Shown here piece by piece: positions 50,201-63,863 of a DNA stretch of 64,000 nucleotides. The notes beneath the pieces are model-generated. The model saw only the letters and a program-made list of their open reading frames with translations, was not told where the DNA came from and searched no databases. The first letter of the stretch is position 1. The number at the start of each line of letters is the position of its first letter. Source of the stretch: Phoronis australis. Lineage: Eukaryota; Animalia; Phoronida. The position numbers and the translations under genes were made by a program. The DNA lies in assembly GCA_002633005.1 (NCBI GenBank), contig NMRA01000017.1, positions 717,587-781,586 of the forward strand, read 5' to 3'.

Positions 50201-52100
50201 CTTCTACTGTAGCTCCATCTGTCGTTAGGTTTTAATTGGCCACTCACGCCCCATTAGACAGAACAATTAATACCATATGTAAAGGTGAAAATGTCATGTT
50301 ATCAACGAATAAAGTTTGTTTTCGTTTACAATGTTTTATCTTAAAATACCAGACTTAACAACGAATATCGTGTTTGAAGCACACTTCACTGACCCTTTCA
50401 GGGTGGAATCTAGCCGTATCTATAAAAATCCAATCTTTCCGTTTGTCTACGCAAAAACTGTCGTTTAAAAAGTGGCAGGCGGTCTGACGTATTGTGTGTG
50501 GAGGCCTCACTATCGCGTGACTATATAAAAGTTGGATAAAAATCGGAGTTAATGCATTAAGATAAACACATCACAATACGAAAACACGATAGAATTTATA
50601 AACATAACGGGAAAGAAACCGAATAGAAGAAATATCTGATAGAGAGGTCTGATATCCTTTAGCGTTGCTTTTCACCATAACATTAGTTTGAATGACCGGT
50701 ATATCAAACAATAACCAAATTAAGCCAAGTGTAACGCTTCATGTCTACATTAGTGCTGAGTCACACGCGCGACTCACAAGACGCACAAATGCTCGTAACA
50801 AACTATCACCCCCCATTAGTCTTAAGTTAGGAAAGTAAACACGATTTACAGACATACTTATTGCTAACCAACGTGGAGTATCGGTTTGCATACATTGGCT
50901 TTGGACGCATTGTCATAACCTGTTTTTATTTTGGCACCTTATCACCAAATGCAATCATAGAATAAATATTTGATTTTGATTCAGATTGTTTTAATGGAGA
51001 GACCTGGGCCAATTTTTAAGAACAATTCCTAAGGCATTTTGTAGGAATTGACTTGTGTGTAAATGGAGATGCGGTTGCTTGAAATTTCAATGTTAGCAAA
51101 AACTATTCATGATTGTTTATGTAGTTTCAAGTACGAAACGAACAAAGGTGAACAAAAGCTTGATTTGTCACATGACTGACTCAAGAGTAGAACACTATCA
51201 AATTCAAGTGTTTTGCACGCGCCTCCACTGCAGCCTAATTGCATTTCCTGCCGGAATGTCAGTCAATTGGTTTGAACTGTCCTCAGGAACACCGTCATTC
51301 GTCTGTAAACTGTTGCACATGTTCTTCCGAACATGGATTTTATTTTTTTCTCTAGAAAATATAGATTTGCCTCAGGTTTTTAGACTCAAAACAATGATTT
51401 TTAGGGAATGTTATAACCGATGTCGACGCGGGCGTACAAGTGAAGGCAAACGGGTATGGAGGGTAATAAAGTGATGTCACCGCGGGGCGAAACTGGCAGG
51501 GAGGTGTCGGAGGCACGCGCTCATACTTTTTGTATGCCGTTTTGAATAAAAAACGTAAAACTTATTTTTGTATCTATGTATGTTTCATTTATAATGTCGA
51601 GTTCACTTTTTAAACAATAGCCAAGGCCGGATTGTACATGCTCGCCACCTATCGGAAGATACAATAAAAAGTTCAGTCTGTCTTGACGCCGAGGGTACTA
51701 AGTGCTTTCTTATTATATAAACATGACCATACGTAATAAAAGGAAACAGGATTATATGTACACAAAGTAAATAAAATAAACTACTTAGATGTTAATTGAA
51801 CTACAGTGAACTCCACAAAGGAACATTAACACTCGCAATTTTAATAAAACTTTAATAAAGTACACAACAAAACATCACAAGTTATCAGTTCCTAAGCAAG
51901 GTGAACTGAGAACAAGATGCTGTAGAACATTCGTAAGTTCTTGTCGTTTGACTAAGTTGATAGTTTTAGATAATTCATTGAAATTGAGATTAATACAACT
52001 TAAGGCATTTCTGTAGTGAAAAAGTGAGAATGCATGGAAACAAAGAAAAATAATATCCGGCGTCAGCAACGTAATGCAGAATTAGACACACAGCTGTGGT

Positions 52101-52206
52101 AGACTTCGCGAGATTACGTGAGATATTGCCATGCATTTTTATTGAGAACACGTGATTTTGGCCAAATTTTAGCGAAGCCCTGGTGTAGGTCCTAGCGTTA
52201 CTGAAC
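52101..52206. mobile_element. Copy of the 20904-21043 MITE
   Basis: agacttcgcgagattacgtgagatattgcc is the reverse complement of 20982-21011; ends in aggtcctagcgttactgaac. Confidence 0.7.
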
Positions 52207-53285
52207 TGAAGTGTCGCTGATCTAAAAGAGTCTCACGTTACTTCAAAGCACCAATGTTGGTCGCTCCTTTTTTTAGTCAATTTTTTACATATTTTACAAT
52301 GACAACAAAAAAGATCATAATTCACAAAAAAGAAAATCAAATATTTTCATTTAGTTAGTTAAACTGAAATGCATTTTGATTATCTGAGTTTAGAATTAAC
52401 CAGGACCGGTCCTAACTTTTGGGTGTTCTGAGCAAGATTTGACTGGAGGCATTTTCAGCGTAGACTGATTCCATTTCCTAGACACCGAGGTCCCCATGGT
52501 CGACGCAGGTCCCTCCAAGCAGACGCTGATTTCACCTAGTGGGCGGGTCGACCGGGAATTAACCTGTAAAAGTGATCTTTTATCGATCGTTTAAATTTAC
52601 AACGTCCTTTTACAAGTGAAATGCAACAATAAGCCCCAAGCCTTATCAGCTGTCTTTTCAAAAATCGCATCTGGAAAACTTCGATTATAGTGTAATATTA
52701 CAGCCTCTACAGATCCACAAAATCGTCATGGTGGAGGAAACGAATCCTCGCGCAAAAACTCCGAAGCAACGGAATATGATAGTCACGTGAGGCTTGCCTG
52801 ACCAGGGCTAATGGCCTCACTGACACAAGTGACATCTAGTGACTATCACTCATCCTTGAGGATTAGAAGCTGCACCAATACCGGGATTTTCGGAGACGGC
52901 GTATATTCTTAAAAGGATTCATTTTTCACCTTCCTAGCGTCTCTAATATACTGTAAGTCAGGTCGGTATATTCGGAAAATCAGTGGGCAGACTGACTGAA
53001 CATGTATCATAGAATATGTCACGACGAATGTTTTTGTAGCTGCAAATCTGGCTGACATAACTACCACGTAGGCTAATGATGATTATAAACGTGCATCCGT
53101 AAACAGGAATAAATAACCTGTCATTTACAGCGTTTACAGGAACATACACTGTACGTTGTGACTGACAGTAAGGTTATTCCTGGAGGTATTGGACTGTTCG
53201 TTTGAACTTTGACCTGTCTTTAACAGCTTCCTCAGCTTCATCACATTCATCTAACTGGAGAACAACACCAAATAACAATTATGAA

Positions 53286-53435
53286 CAATGATATTACTCC
53301 CTGGTTATATCTGGCACCGATATATTACTCCCTAGTTACATCGAGGAAATAATGATATCAATATCAGGTTATATCTAGGACCCGAATGATATTAACATCG
53401 GGTTATATCTAGGACCAATGATATTACTTCCAGGT
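53286..53435. repeat. ~32-bp degenerate tandem repeat, about 4.5 copies
   Basis: atgatattactcc..ggttatatct.gg variants. Confidence 0.75.
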
Positions 53436-53476
53436 AATAGGCCTATAGCTCTCACAAACCATACATAAAACGTTCA

Positions 53477-53550
53477 GATGGGCGACACACCATAGGGGGC
53501 TGGGAGGGGGCTACAGTCCCCCACTCTTTTCAGTGTTCGCACCGCCCATG
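53477..53550. mobile_element. Third copy of the ~72-bp MITE
   Basis: gatgggcgacacaccatagggggctgggagggggctacag...accgcccatg. Confidence 0.7.
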
Positions 53551-55286
53551 ATTCATTCCTTCCTAAGAACGAAATTTCGACTTACATCACTTGCCCATAT
53601 AGAATGGCCTCGGCTTGTTCATACCCAGGTGAGAAGTAATTCTGGGTAACAAACAACTTGCAATTTCTTGAGATCATGCAAGATGCATAAAATGACACGC
53701 CTTGACACGCCAGCTCGTTGACCCTGGTATCATCCGAACTGTCACTTCTTGCGAATCCCTGAAATTACCTCCCATATTAGAAAGCACTTATATAACAGTA
53801 AGCCAAAGTCACCAAGCGGTCTAAATCTGAAGTTGTTTTTTGTTATGAAAGGCAGTAGCATCTCATTTCGTAATCAACAGATCTAGATCAACCACCAGAT
53901 TTCGACAAATGTAATTTCCCAGTTTGTCAGATACTACATAACCTGAAGTGAACTCTTTTCGCATTGAATTTAACATGAAAAGCCCCCCCCCGTCTTGGTA
54001 ACTAAGGAATCATGCGAACCCAACTCGTCTGATCCGAACGTCCCATATATGTGTATGCCTCTAGTGTAGGGAACCCTCCGTGCTACACGAGCATTTCCTT
54101 AAAGAGGCAAAGTATCTGACTGTACCTGTCGATAATAGCTGTGACCCTAACTGATGTCAAGAAGTATATGAAGAGATGGCCCCGTCTGAACATTACATTT
54201 TAAAAACTGTTGTCTGGAAATCCACGTTACTAACTTAGGTAGAGCAAACGTTTTTTGTGTTCATGCAACTAAATCAAAATTTAACGAGACGTAAGGTCGA
54301 CTGAGAGCGCAAACTCCCACGACTACAACAAACAGGGCCGAGTTTAAACAAACCTTGTTTTATAAGAACACACGGTCAAAACACGGAATTCTATGTCCCA
54401 GTTCGGCCTGTGGGCGTTGTTTAGCAGTTCTGAGTCAGTCTGACAATTCAAGCTATCCTGGCTGCCACACTCTCAATACAGAAATAGTTACTGCTGTTTA
54501 CACACGTAACAGTTTCACTTACAAAATAATGTTTAGGTAAATGGAGACGTGCATGTGACTAATTAACCGTTGTACAGGTGTTATTATTTTAACTCCGTTC
54601 GCTTTACATTCATGAAACTTAATCGCTTGTGGCTGCTATAAACGTACTGTATGTCAAAAAATAACTTTTCATTTATTGTACCGCTTACCTTTGTTAAACC
54701 ACTCGACTTAGATTAGAGGTAACTTCAGTGCTACTGAAGAACTGGCAGCGCAGCACTGCTTGAAACCAGTATCAATAAATTGACATGTTACGGCGAATCC
54801 CAATCTCACCTGAATAAGGACTGAAATGAGAACCATTTCATACCATTAAAAGCTGCAAACCCAAAACAACTTTCTTTGACGGATGGCGGCAGTATAGCGG
54901 CTTTTAACTATTAGTTCTGCCTATCTGTATTTGTTGACAAATTAACATTTCTCGTAGAATAAGCATCGTAATAACGTATACTTATATATTATCCTTATTC
55001 CTCGCATGATGAGAGAAAAATACATTTTTTACTATTTTTTTGTGAATCGGATACTGAGATTCCCTGTTGATCAGTCACAAAAAACCTGTGCTGGCTGCCT
55101 GAATGAGCAGCTCACAGGTGTGTACCGCACGCTGGCTATGTTTTGTTAAGCTTATGGGCTTCCTACCGTGTGATACAGCCACACTCTCTGCTTGTATGCC
55201 CTGCTGTCACCGTGTATTTCAATGTTTATTTCACTTCTTATAAGTTCCTTTCACTCATTGCCTGATGACGAGACATGTAGCTAGTG

Positions 55287-56856
55287 TTTAAATTTGTCCG
55301 TCTGTTATGTCTCTCGGTGTTTTGCTACATAGCTGCGCAATTTGCTTTGGGCATGATTTTTTAGAGTTTTAAGGAAACAACTTTCCCGGTGAAGAACGAA
55401 AACTACAAACATCACCACGTTGGAATAATGTCTCAAAACTTCACAGCACGATGATAATAGGATCAAACGAATTCATTGCAATTCCCAAATCGCTCTTAAG
55501 ACGTCTTCTTTCGCCGATCGATCTAGAGCTGCCCGAGTGTGGATATGAAATTGCGGCCTCAGTAGTTGACTAGTTCCTAGCAGACTAGAGGGCTCCGATC
55601 TACTCTAACTCATGACATCAAGTAACTTAGCAACGAAGGCGGGCCCTCCCAAACAAGCGCACAGGTCGGTCTCATCTCACTGGAGGACAATTCGCCTCCT
55701 GGTAATGGCGGCATATTTATTAGTTTACCCTGCACTTGCTGCTGTTAGTTCAGTCGCTCTGATGTAGAGCTTATCCTACAAACGGTACTTTTCTTCGTAC
55801 TGTTATGCCCATGGGATTTTTAGAATAATTCGTCATGTGCAGAATAATAACAATGCAACAAACAAACCGTGTTTTACGTATTGTCCGAGAAACCTGCACG
55901 AAAATGCCTGATATTTCAGAAAAAACAATACCCTTAACGCCGGCCCGCAACATGAACCTTCATGNCAAAACAAAAGTAGAATAGAACAGATTCGCACAGT
56001 AAGCTCAACGCAAAACCAAGTGGCGGGAAGCGCTTGCCTCCTAAAACGTCACTTCCGGAAAAGCGGACGAGTAATTAATAAAATTACGGAAAGCTGTAAT
56101 TAAGTGAAAAATATGTCTAGGATAACCAACCAACCTTATTTTAGCTCAAAATGACATGGAAAAAGGTTGCCTTCGCCTTTAAATTTGTCCGTCTGTTATG
56201 TCTCTCGGTGTTTTGCTACATAGCTGCGCAATTTGCTTTGGGCATGATTTTTTAGAATTTTAAGGAAACAACTTTCCCGGTGAAGAACGAAAACTACAAA
56301 CATCACCACGTTGGAATAATGTCTCAAAACTTCACAGCACGATGATAATAGGATCAAACGAATTCATTGCAATTCCCAAATCGCTCTTAAGACGTCTTCT
56401 TTCGCCGATCGATCTAGAGCTGCCCGAGTGTGGATATGAAAATTGCGGCCTCAGTAGTTGACTAGTTCCTAGCAGACTAGAGGGCTCCGATCTACTCTAA
56501 CTCATGACATCAAGTAACTTAGCAACGAAGGCGGGCCCTCCCAAACAAGCGCACAGGTCGGTCTCATCTCACTGGAGGACAATTCGCCTCCTGGTAATGG
56601 CGGCATATTTATTAGTTTACCCTGCACTTGCTGCTGTTAGTTCAGTCGCTCTGATGTAGAGCTTATCCTACAAACGGTACTTTTCTTCGTACTGTTATGC
56701 CCATGGGATTTTTAGAATAATTCGTCATGTGCAGAATAATAACAATGCAACAAACAAACCGTGTTTTACGTATTGTCCGAGAAACCTGCACGAAAATGCC
56801 TGATATTTCAGAAAAAACAATACCCTTAACGCCGGCCCGCAACATGAACCTTCATG
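55287..56856. repeat. ~678-bp direct duplication (55287-55964 and 56178-56856) around N55965
   Basis: Almost identical copies separated by N plus 212 bp of unique sequence ending ...cttcgcct|ttaa. Confidence 0.92.
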
Positions 56857-59800
56857 AACCCCACTGGATAAGTTTGATTGTTGAATGACGTAAGGTGCGT
56901 TGTTCAATAATAACTGACAACGTGACGCGTGATAATGCGACGCAATTGTTGCTATGCGGCGTATAACTTTCATGCGACAGGACCAAACCATGTGCTCACT
57001 CTCTGTCAAACCTTGTTAAGGCCAAAAATTATAGCTGGTTCGGGTTGTAGTTTTATTGAAGATTGAGTCACCTGGTGTTTGCTCACGGCTTAAGTTGAGG
57101 GCGGGCTGGTATTAGCCGGTGAGCACAGGTCTCAAAACGAGTCGGACCAACAATAAAAAAGTTTTCCTGTCCCTGGGGTCTGTTTCAAGAAAAGTGACTT
57201 TCTACTTAATCAGAAAGTTGGTCTTATGCTCCACACAGCTAAAAAAATCATTAAAATTTACTTGAACAAAAGTGCCGCCGGAAGTCTCTGAGAATATACA
57301 AGTCTACTACCTAATTATTGAGATAATTTATGTTAATTATTTATAGAGTGTTCATAATCAGTTGGCTAAAACTTTCCTTCAGCAATTACGAAATGGGTGC
57401 ATAAGGCCAGACTGTTTAAAGTTTTAAGTCACTTTCACGAAACTGATCCCTGGAAGCCCAAACATAGACAACTTTCCTGCCCTCTATCGGCAAAAAAACC
57501 AAGACGCACATCTGGTCAGCGCAGACAAGACAGCTGCTATGAACAGTCCAGGTACAATGTGAGATATGTTCTACGGAATTAAAAATGTCTTCGTAGCTAC
57601 ATTTCGTGTCGGTGCAAAAGTGACGCGCGTGACTTATGAGGTAAGAAAATTATGCAGCTGTTAAGCACTATGAGTGCATATATTAGCTTACAATTTGTAC
57701 AGAGGTTTTCATCGATGATGGACAGGTACTGAGTTCCTGATCACGCGGGCACCACCTGACGCAGATAATTTGGGGAAATAGGCTATAATTTGACACTTTT
57801 AATGAAAAAATCTGATGCTGTGACACTCAGTTATCGTTACACTCTTTTTAAAAATGCAACAGATTTCACAGTAATGCATGCATCGATGAAAATAATAATT
57901 ACCGACATTGTGGTTTGTACCGTGTAACAGCTGTCAAGTCAAATTAAAAATCGTTACTTCGCTGTTCACGTCTACATCTTGAAATACAGGACTAAATTGT
58001 CTGTGAATAAATTTCACTATATCTATATGCGAATTTCGCTTATACCTGTCGATTGTTCTAAAGTTGAAAAGTATGCGTTCTCTGTAACAACTCATATTGT
58101 CGTGGAAAGAAACCTGATGCTAAAATATAGTTTCACTCTCTAACCATCGACAATACTTAAGGCTATATGGTCACCAAAACGCCGTGTTTTCAAAATTTCG
58201 TTCGTAAGTCCGTAGTAACTGTATAGAGGATTAATAACGGTTGATGATGTCTTCCAAACATTTTCAAGTGTCAGTTAATTTCAGAATAAGCTGGCAGTAA
58301 TACGTACCGTAATGCAATTACCAAATACGCTAGTTCAAATTGGGTGACTTAATGAAAAGGTGTCATAACAAATTTTGACGAAATATGGTCATGCTTTGCT
58401 GTCGATGGTTTCTGAGACATTAATTAAAATTAATACAGCATCCTCCGGCTAGACAAGATTGGTGTTACCCCGATCGTCAAAACAAAGTCAAGAGTATTGG
58501 ATATTTCGAATTCATTAGTCACGTTGAGCTTCCATTAATTAGATACAAGGGAGTCGTGTTTACTAGATCATGACTGGCATACCTTGAGCTTAGCTTTACT
58601 GTGTATAGCGGAATACACCGATAAGCGTAGAGAAAGGTTACAACGTGCGACCCAGTGTGTGTCAAACATATGGACGTGCCTATCACGCTAACAAAGTGAA
58701 GACCTTATGTTAACACATTACGGATTTCATACCAACGCTTTTTAATGACAGGAAATCTTGAATTATTTTTTTTTTGTAAATGACAGTGTCGTGAAATCGC
58801 CGATACTTGTACAGTTGCACGGTCAATGAACGTCATAAATATCATTCTATTATTGATCAAATTAACTTACTGAAATAGAAAATCCCAGAAAATGTCCAAA
58901 TTCTACCCGAGACTGGTATTGCCTCGAAGCCGTGATGGATAGCAAAAGTATCCCCCGATTTATTAACTTTGAAACGTTTAACGCCAACAAATGTAACATC
59001 AATATAAGTGCTTTTAAGCACATCAAGTGTTTTTTAAAATGCGCAATTTAAAAGCAACACTGGAAATAGTCTTACAGTTGCAGGTGTCAGAGATGTTGCA
59101 TGGTCAACCATACTTGAATGCATGCGTTCATCTCGGGGGGTACTTCTCTGAGTGGTGCATGATGTGCGACTCACATGGGTGTTTTAGTTTCCAGCATCTT
59201 TTGTCACATGGCCTTACGAAAACTATTTGTTTTTCACGTGGACCGTACGAAAAATATATTTTTGTAACAGGACCCTAGGACTTATTTTGTTAGAATGCTT
59301 GACTAATGTGTTTGGGTTTGTTGGGTTAAAATATTCACTTCAAAGGATTGCTTATTAAATTTTGATACAGTCACACGCAGTTAGCCGGCTGGTTTTACAA
59401 ATGGTCCCTTTTTATTGAGCCTAACTCTGTGCAAGAGTGAGAAAAGAATGGTACGATTCTCTAAAAGAACGGGTATCCTGATTACTCAGAGGCATACCCC
59501 GTCAAAATAATGTAATACCTCCGAGTGAAAACAAATTGATTCAGCAATTTGCATTATCAATTTGATCCCAACAACAAAGTTTAAGTTTAATGCACCGAGA
59601 TTAAATTCCAGTTTCCGTTTCTAATAGGATCGGAATCCCATTTTATTTGTTTAATCGTATTATATGAGTTAAAAATGATAATGACATTTCGCTTTATTGG
59701 TTTTACTAGCGACGACAGCCCACGACTTACCAATTAACTAACCATTTGCTGTTTATTGTACAAATTTGTAAAAATGTGGTCAGTTTACATTGTTTGTGTG

Positions 59801-60439
59801 TATTATGTTAATGTGTGCTAACCGTTAGAGTAAGACCCACAGGGTTTCCCGACGAAGGTTTAAAAATCCATTTCAGGAGGAGTTCTCTTTAGTAATGTGT
59901 TGCTAGATTTTGTGGTGTTTTATTAATATTTTATTTGTGACTGAGAGCAATTTGAAGAAATTAAAATATCTCTGACCTTCTTACCGATAGATGAAATTTA
60001 TACGTGCGCATCTAGACTGAAAATTTATAGTAAGGTTTTCGTCACTTAGATCGCGAAAATGAATGCCAGGGAAACCTTAGTTATCCCGACGTTAAATTCT
60101 CACGTTTATGCATCCGTATATTTAAGTTAAGTTAAAACTTTCTCACTGTTGACTAAACACGGCTTGGGTTCCGTACACCCAGGACACTCTTGAAAAGACA
60201 AGTGTGATGACGTGCGTCGCTTGTAATGCACGGCCATATCGCGTGTGTTATTGCGTTTTCGCGAGTTTCTTGCATCCCGGAACTCAATCCTGGTTTAATT
60301 ATATACTCTTTTAATCCTTGCACTAAGGGTTTGTCTACTCATACATGTCGATGTTGAGATGAATTTAATTACATTAATATCATCACCTAGTGATGGCCTC
60401 GTTCTCATATTTCTATTGCTAATCATCCAGTTTTTATTT

Positions 60440-63400
60440 TTAGATAACTAAGGCAAATGTCACAAATCAATATATCAATCAGTTTTAGTCATCTCATGTC
60501 AGTCAACAGTTTCAAGTATTTATCATTTCTCTGGACGTGCCATCGACGCAGGCAAAGCTTTCATGCCTGTTCATTAGCTCTCATGGTATTAAGTCCATAT
60601 GGATTGTATGCGCGGATTACATTTATATCTAACATGAAATTAAACCGGTTTCTTCTCACCAGGAAGACGCAGGGGGTTGCTCTTGGGATTTCGTTTACGG
60701 TATTTGCTAACGTTACTTCAGAATTTTAGGATATTGTGATATTGTGGTTGTTGCGATGAATTTATAGGAAATGTTTTTGCGCAGATGAAACTTGCTTCGT
60801 CTTCCACTTCTGATTAGAACATCAGCCAACCTTAAAACCAATCACTGATTATCAAATTACGACAATTTTTAACTTCTAACTGAAACATGAACGCGTACCT
60901 CATTTTGGGCTGACATGGAAATTAGGAGCATAAGCTAAAGACCGAATTGTGGGTAGTAGGGTGATAGATCAAATAATTTGAGAGTCAGGCGATGATCCAA
61001 ATAATCACTTACGTTTAGACAAACAGGCCCTTATGCAAAAGGCCTAGATTGCAAGCGTCTCTCAAACAATCCCTACTGTAACCTGGAAACAACATTTAAA
61101 TAACACATTTATGTCTTAAACATCATTGGTAACGGTTCTGGGTCTATCACATTTTAGCAGATTTTCCTCTTGTAAATAAAAGTCACCATATGGACCTAAA
61201 TCAAACGTTGCTTTTGACTGCTCGATCGCGTCTCTCACGATGTCTTCACTCATTAGAAGTGCGTTTAACACAATAAACTGAAAGTTGAATTGATTAAGCG
61301 AATATTAATCAATTTAATTTATAAATGACATGTTTAGATTGCTTCTTAATGTTACCATTAATCATAGCTTAAGTCTAACTAGCGGATAATCTAAAGTACG
61401 CCACCGTATAGGCAGCTAACCATGTAAACTCGATGGAGGAATAGACTAAAATCATACCTAGAGAGCTTACTCGAGGAAAGCGGCTTCGTGATAATAATGT
61501 AATTTAACTCGAGGAAAGCAAACATTATACGGCAAAAAACAAAATGAGAAAACAAACTTCGATCTGTGTGTTCAAATGAAATTGTATATCGCTCGAACAG
61601 TTGTTTAGAGGCAAGTCAAACTTTTGCCGATTTCAAAATGATTTTCATTTTGTTCACGGATGGGCCCATGGTCTAAAGAAGAACTGCTGCGTTATCTCTG
61701 TTCAATGTTAAAACGTGTGGGGATTTTGAAAGCACATTTCGACTAAGTTACTTATCACTTATTGGTAGTAATATGTTCTTCATCTATCAGGTCACCGTCA
61801 TAATCCATCAACACAGCTTTAAAAATAACGTTCGGGATCAATGCCATCAACATAACTTATACGTAACAGGGTCTTTGGATGTTATAAGTTACAGGGCCAA
61901 GAAACTTTACATTTTAAGACGTTTGTGGTCAACTTCGGAGATTTTTGTAAGCCCATATAAGTGACTGAATCGCTATTGTAGACGTTGTATTAAATTGTTT
62001 GGTACTGGGGCTGGGATTGAAAATGTGCAGGCGTCTCGGCCACTACGCACCGCTACCACGACTGAAATGCAAGAGAACTATTAATTGCTTACTCAGACCG
62101 GATGATATATCCCGATCTTGCTCACTGCAACACTATAACTGACATCAAAATTTGCTTTTTTTCAATTTATTTTATTTTCACGGAGATCGGCTAAAAAGGT
62201 TCAAATCATATTTTCATGTAGTAAGTAGAATTTATCAAAATTAACTAAAAGTGGAAGTTAAATGTTCTCTTTCAAAGCAATTCTAGAAGTCACTGCATGA
62301 CCATAATGCCATCGTGAAAATACTACTTAAATAAACAATACCTTGACTTACATATTTATTACTTCAAAAAGACAAAGCGCTAACTTCTGCAATGCCCACT
62401 TCACCAACCTTTATATCCCAAGATAACAATAATGGCAGCTGTGTGTACGAGCTGTCGCAAAGATATGAGCACACGGTGAATGATAAACAACACATGCAAC
62501 GGGTTTGTTCTTTTCGAAAAAATAACAACATCCAGGCGTCTATAAGTGGTTAGAAATTTGTTTTATTGTATGCGAACTCCGTTTGCTAATTGCATGGAGA
62601 GCGTTCCGTAAGCTTAGTTTCTTGACAAAAGACAAGATCTCACAAAATCACGCAAACGAAAAGCGAGTGCATCGCAAGTATACGCGGGACATTGCTATCT
62701 GATCCTAACAAAATGGCGCCCACTGCAGTTATTGGTCGATGAGGTTAGATGTTGAATTATGCGGCAAAATTCATCAATTATGTGATCGAATTCACAGTTT
62801 CCGGTCTGAATCCACGGTTCGGACCTCTCTAGCTCCCCGAAAATGAAAAAACTGGGTTGGTCAGATTTGATGAAAAGTATGTGGACTTAATGAGGAGTGA
62901 TTGTCGTGAATGGTATTCAGTAGTTCTTTGAAGTTGTTTTGAGTAAAAAAAGTCCAACCATCTTCTTTCTGCCTCGTGTTATCCTGATTTGGAACCACCG
63001 TTATTTTGAAAACACTTCTTTGATCAGGCCAAAATTTTTGTTTCAAATACAGGTACATGCAGAATGGAAATTGGAAAAAAATGTAGTTGAGACACATTTT
63101 AGCCTAAATTTCTGGAATCTAAGTGTAAACAACGTTTGGAATTTTTCTTTGCTGTGAGACCCGAACAGTCGTGAGTTTGTGATTTTGGGAGAAAATTCGC
63201 ATTTTTGGGCCAATTTTTGGCATCTCGATTTTTTTCTGGTGGGTATACCAAGGCAAGAAGCCATGACTTCGTTGATTTCTTTATCCAAGATAAAATACAT
63301 CGAGTGGGCTTTCTGCAATTGTCAGCTGATGCGAGACAGGACAATAGCTTTTGTTGAACGACTTTGTGACTTTCGGACAAGATCAGCCAATGAAACAATT
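60440..63400 (-). pseudogene. Multi-death-domain pseudogene
   Basis: Best segment 60722-60471 reads in one frame SEVTLANTVNEIPRATPCVFLVRRNRFNFMLDINVIRAYNPYGLNTMRANEQA*KLCLRRWHVQRNDKYLKLLTDMR*LKLID. Weaker segments at about 61960-61800 (GLTKISEVDH) and about 63300-63080 (MASCLGIPTRKKSRC). Confidence 0.5.
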
Positions 63401-63863
63401 GGCGATTTTTCGCCGCAAGTGCAAGCTAACATCTTGCGGTCTACAAAATTCAGCCGTGGTCATAATCTAAACGTGCAGTTGCTCGATGCAATAGTACATA
63501 ACACATGTGAAGTATTAACATCAAAAACAAAGAGCCTAAGAAATAACGTTTGAAGTTGTTTTGATCTATAGGCTTAAGATGAACATTCAAAAAATCACTA
63601 ATAGTGGCACGGCCCTACTAACCAATACAAACGTCCCGCAAAAGTTTCATGAAGTTATATTCCCAGATAACAGCGTGTTTTATCCCTTTGCAATCATGAG
63701 ACTTAAGTGATTCATATTTGTGGCTTGTAGCTAATTAAACATCGTTCGGAGGTTTTGCTTTCCATTATCTTGATGGCTCATTAATAACACATACGAAAAA
63801 ATATATATCCAAAAACATGCTTTTCCGCCACCCAAATTGAAACGACCAAGCTAATCGTGTTTT

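Larger units (their letters stand above)
49390..56850 (-). pseudogene. DTHD1/PIDD-like (ZU5-UPA-DD) pseudogene, copy B
   Basis: Colinear remnants: IVFSEISGIF...RFVCCIVIILH...ITVRR (56845-56663, duplicated at 55953-55771); PLPGGELSSSEMRPTCALVWEG (about 55708-55640); NMGGNFRDSQEVTVRMIPGST (about 53778-53715); TINLVKRQE..LVL (about 51965-51905); SSNQLTDIPAGNAIRLQW and IVFYS (about 51285-51180); tandem death-domain-like VQKNVCILRFWQDHE..SL..LRHVLLK and LGL/QSHIMQC (49770-49390). Confidence 0.45.

Noticed and set aside
63230-63345. Sola-like transposase motifs (QL/DNC...GFLP-YTH) on the minus strand
   Set aside because: Needs several frameshifts, no TIRs were found, and a death-domain-like reading in one frame is at least as plausible.
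1772-63553. Most other 60-135 aa ORFs in the supplied track
   Set aside because: They are antisense or off-frame readings of exons, repeats or pseudogene remnants, or chance ORFs without recognisable motifs.
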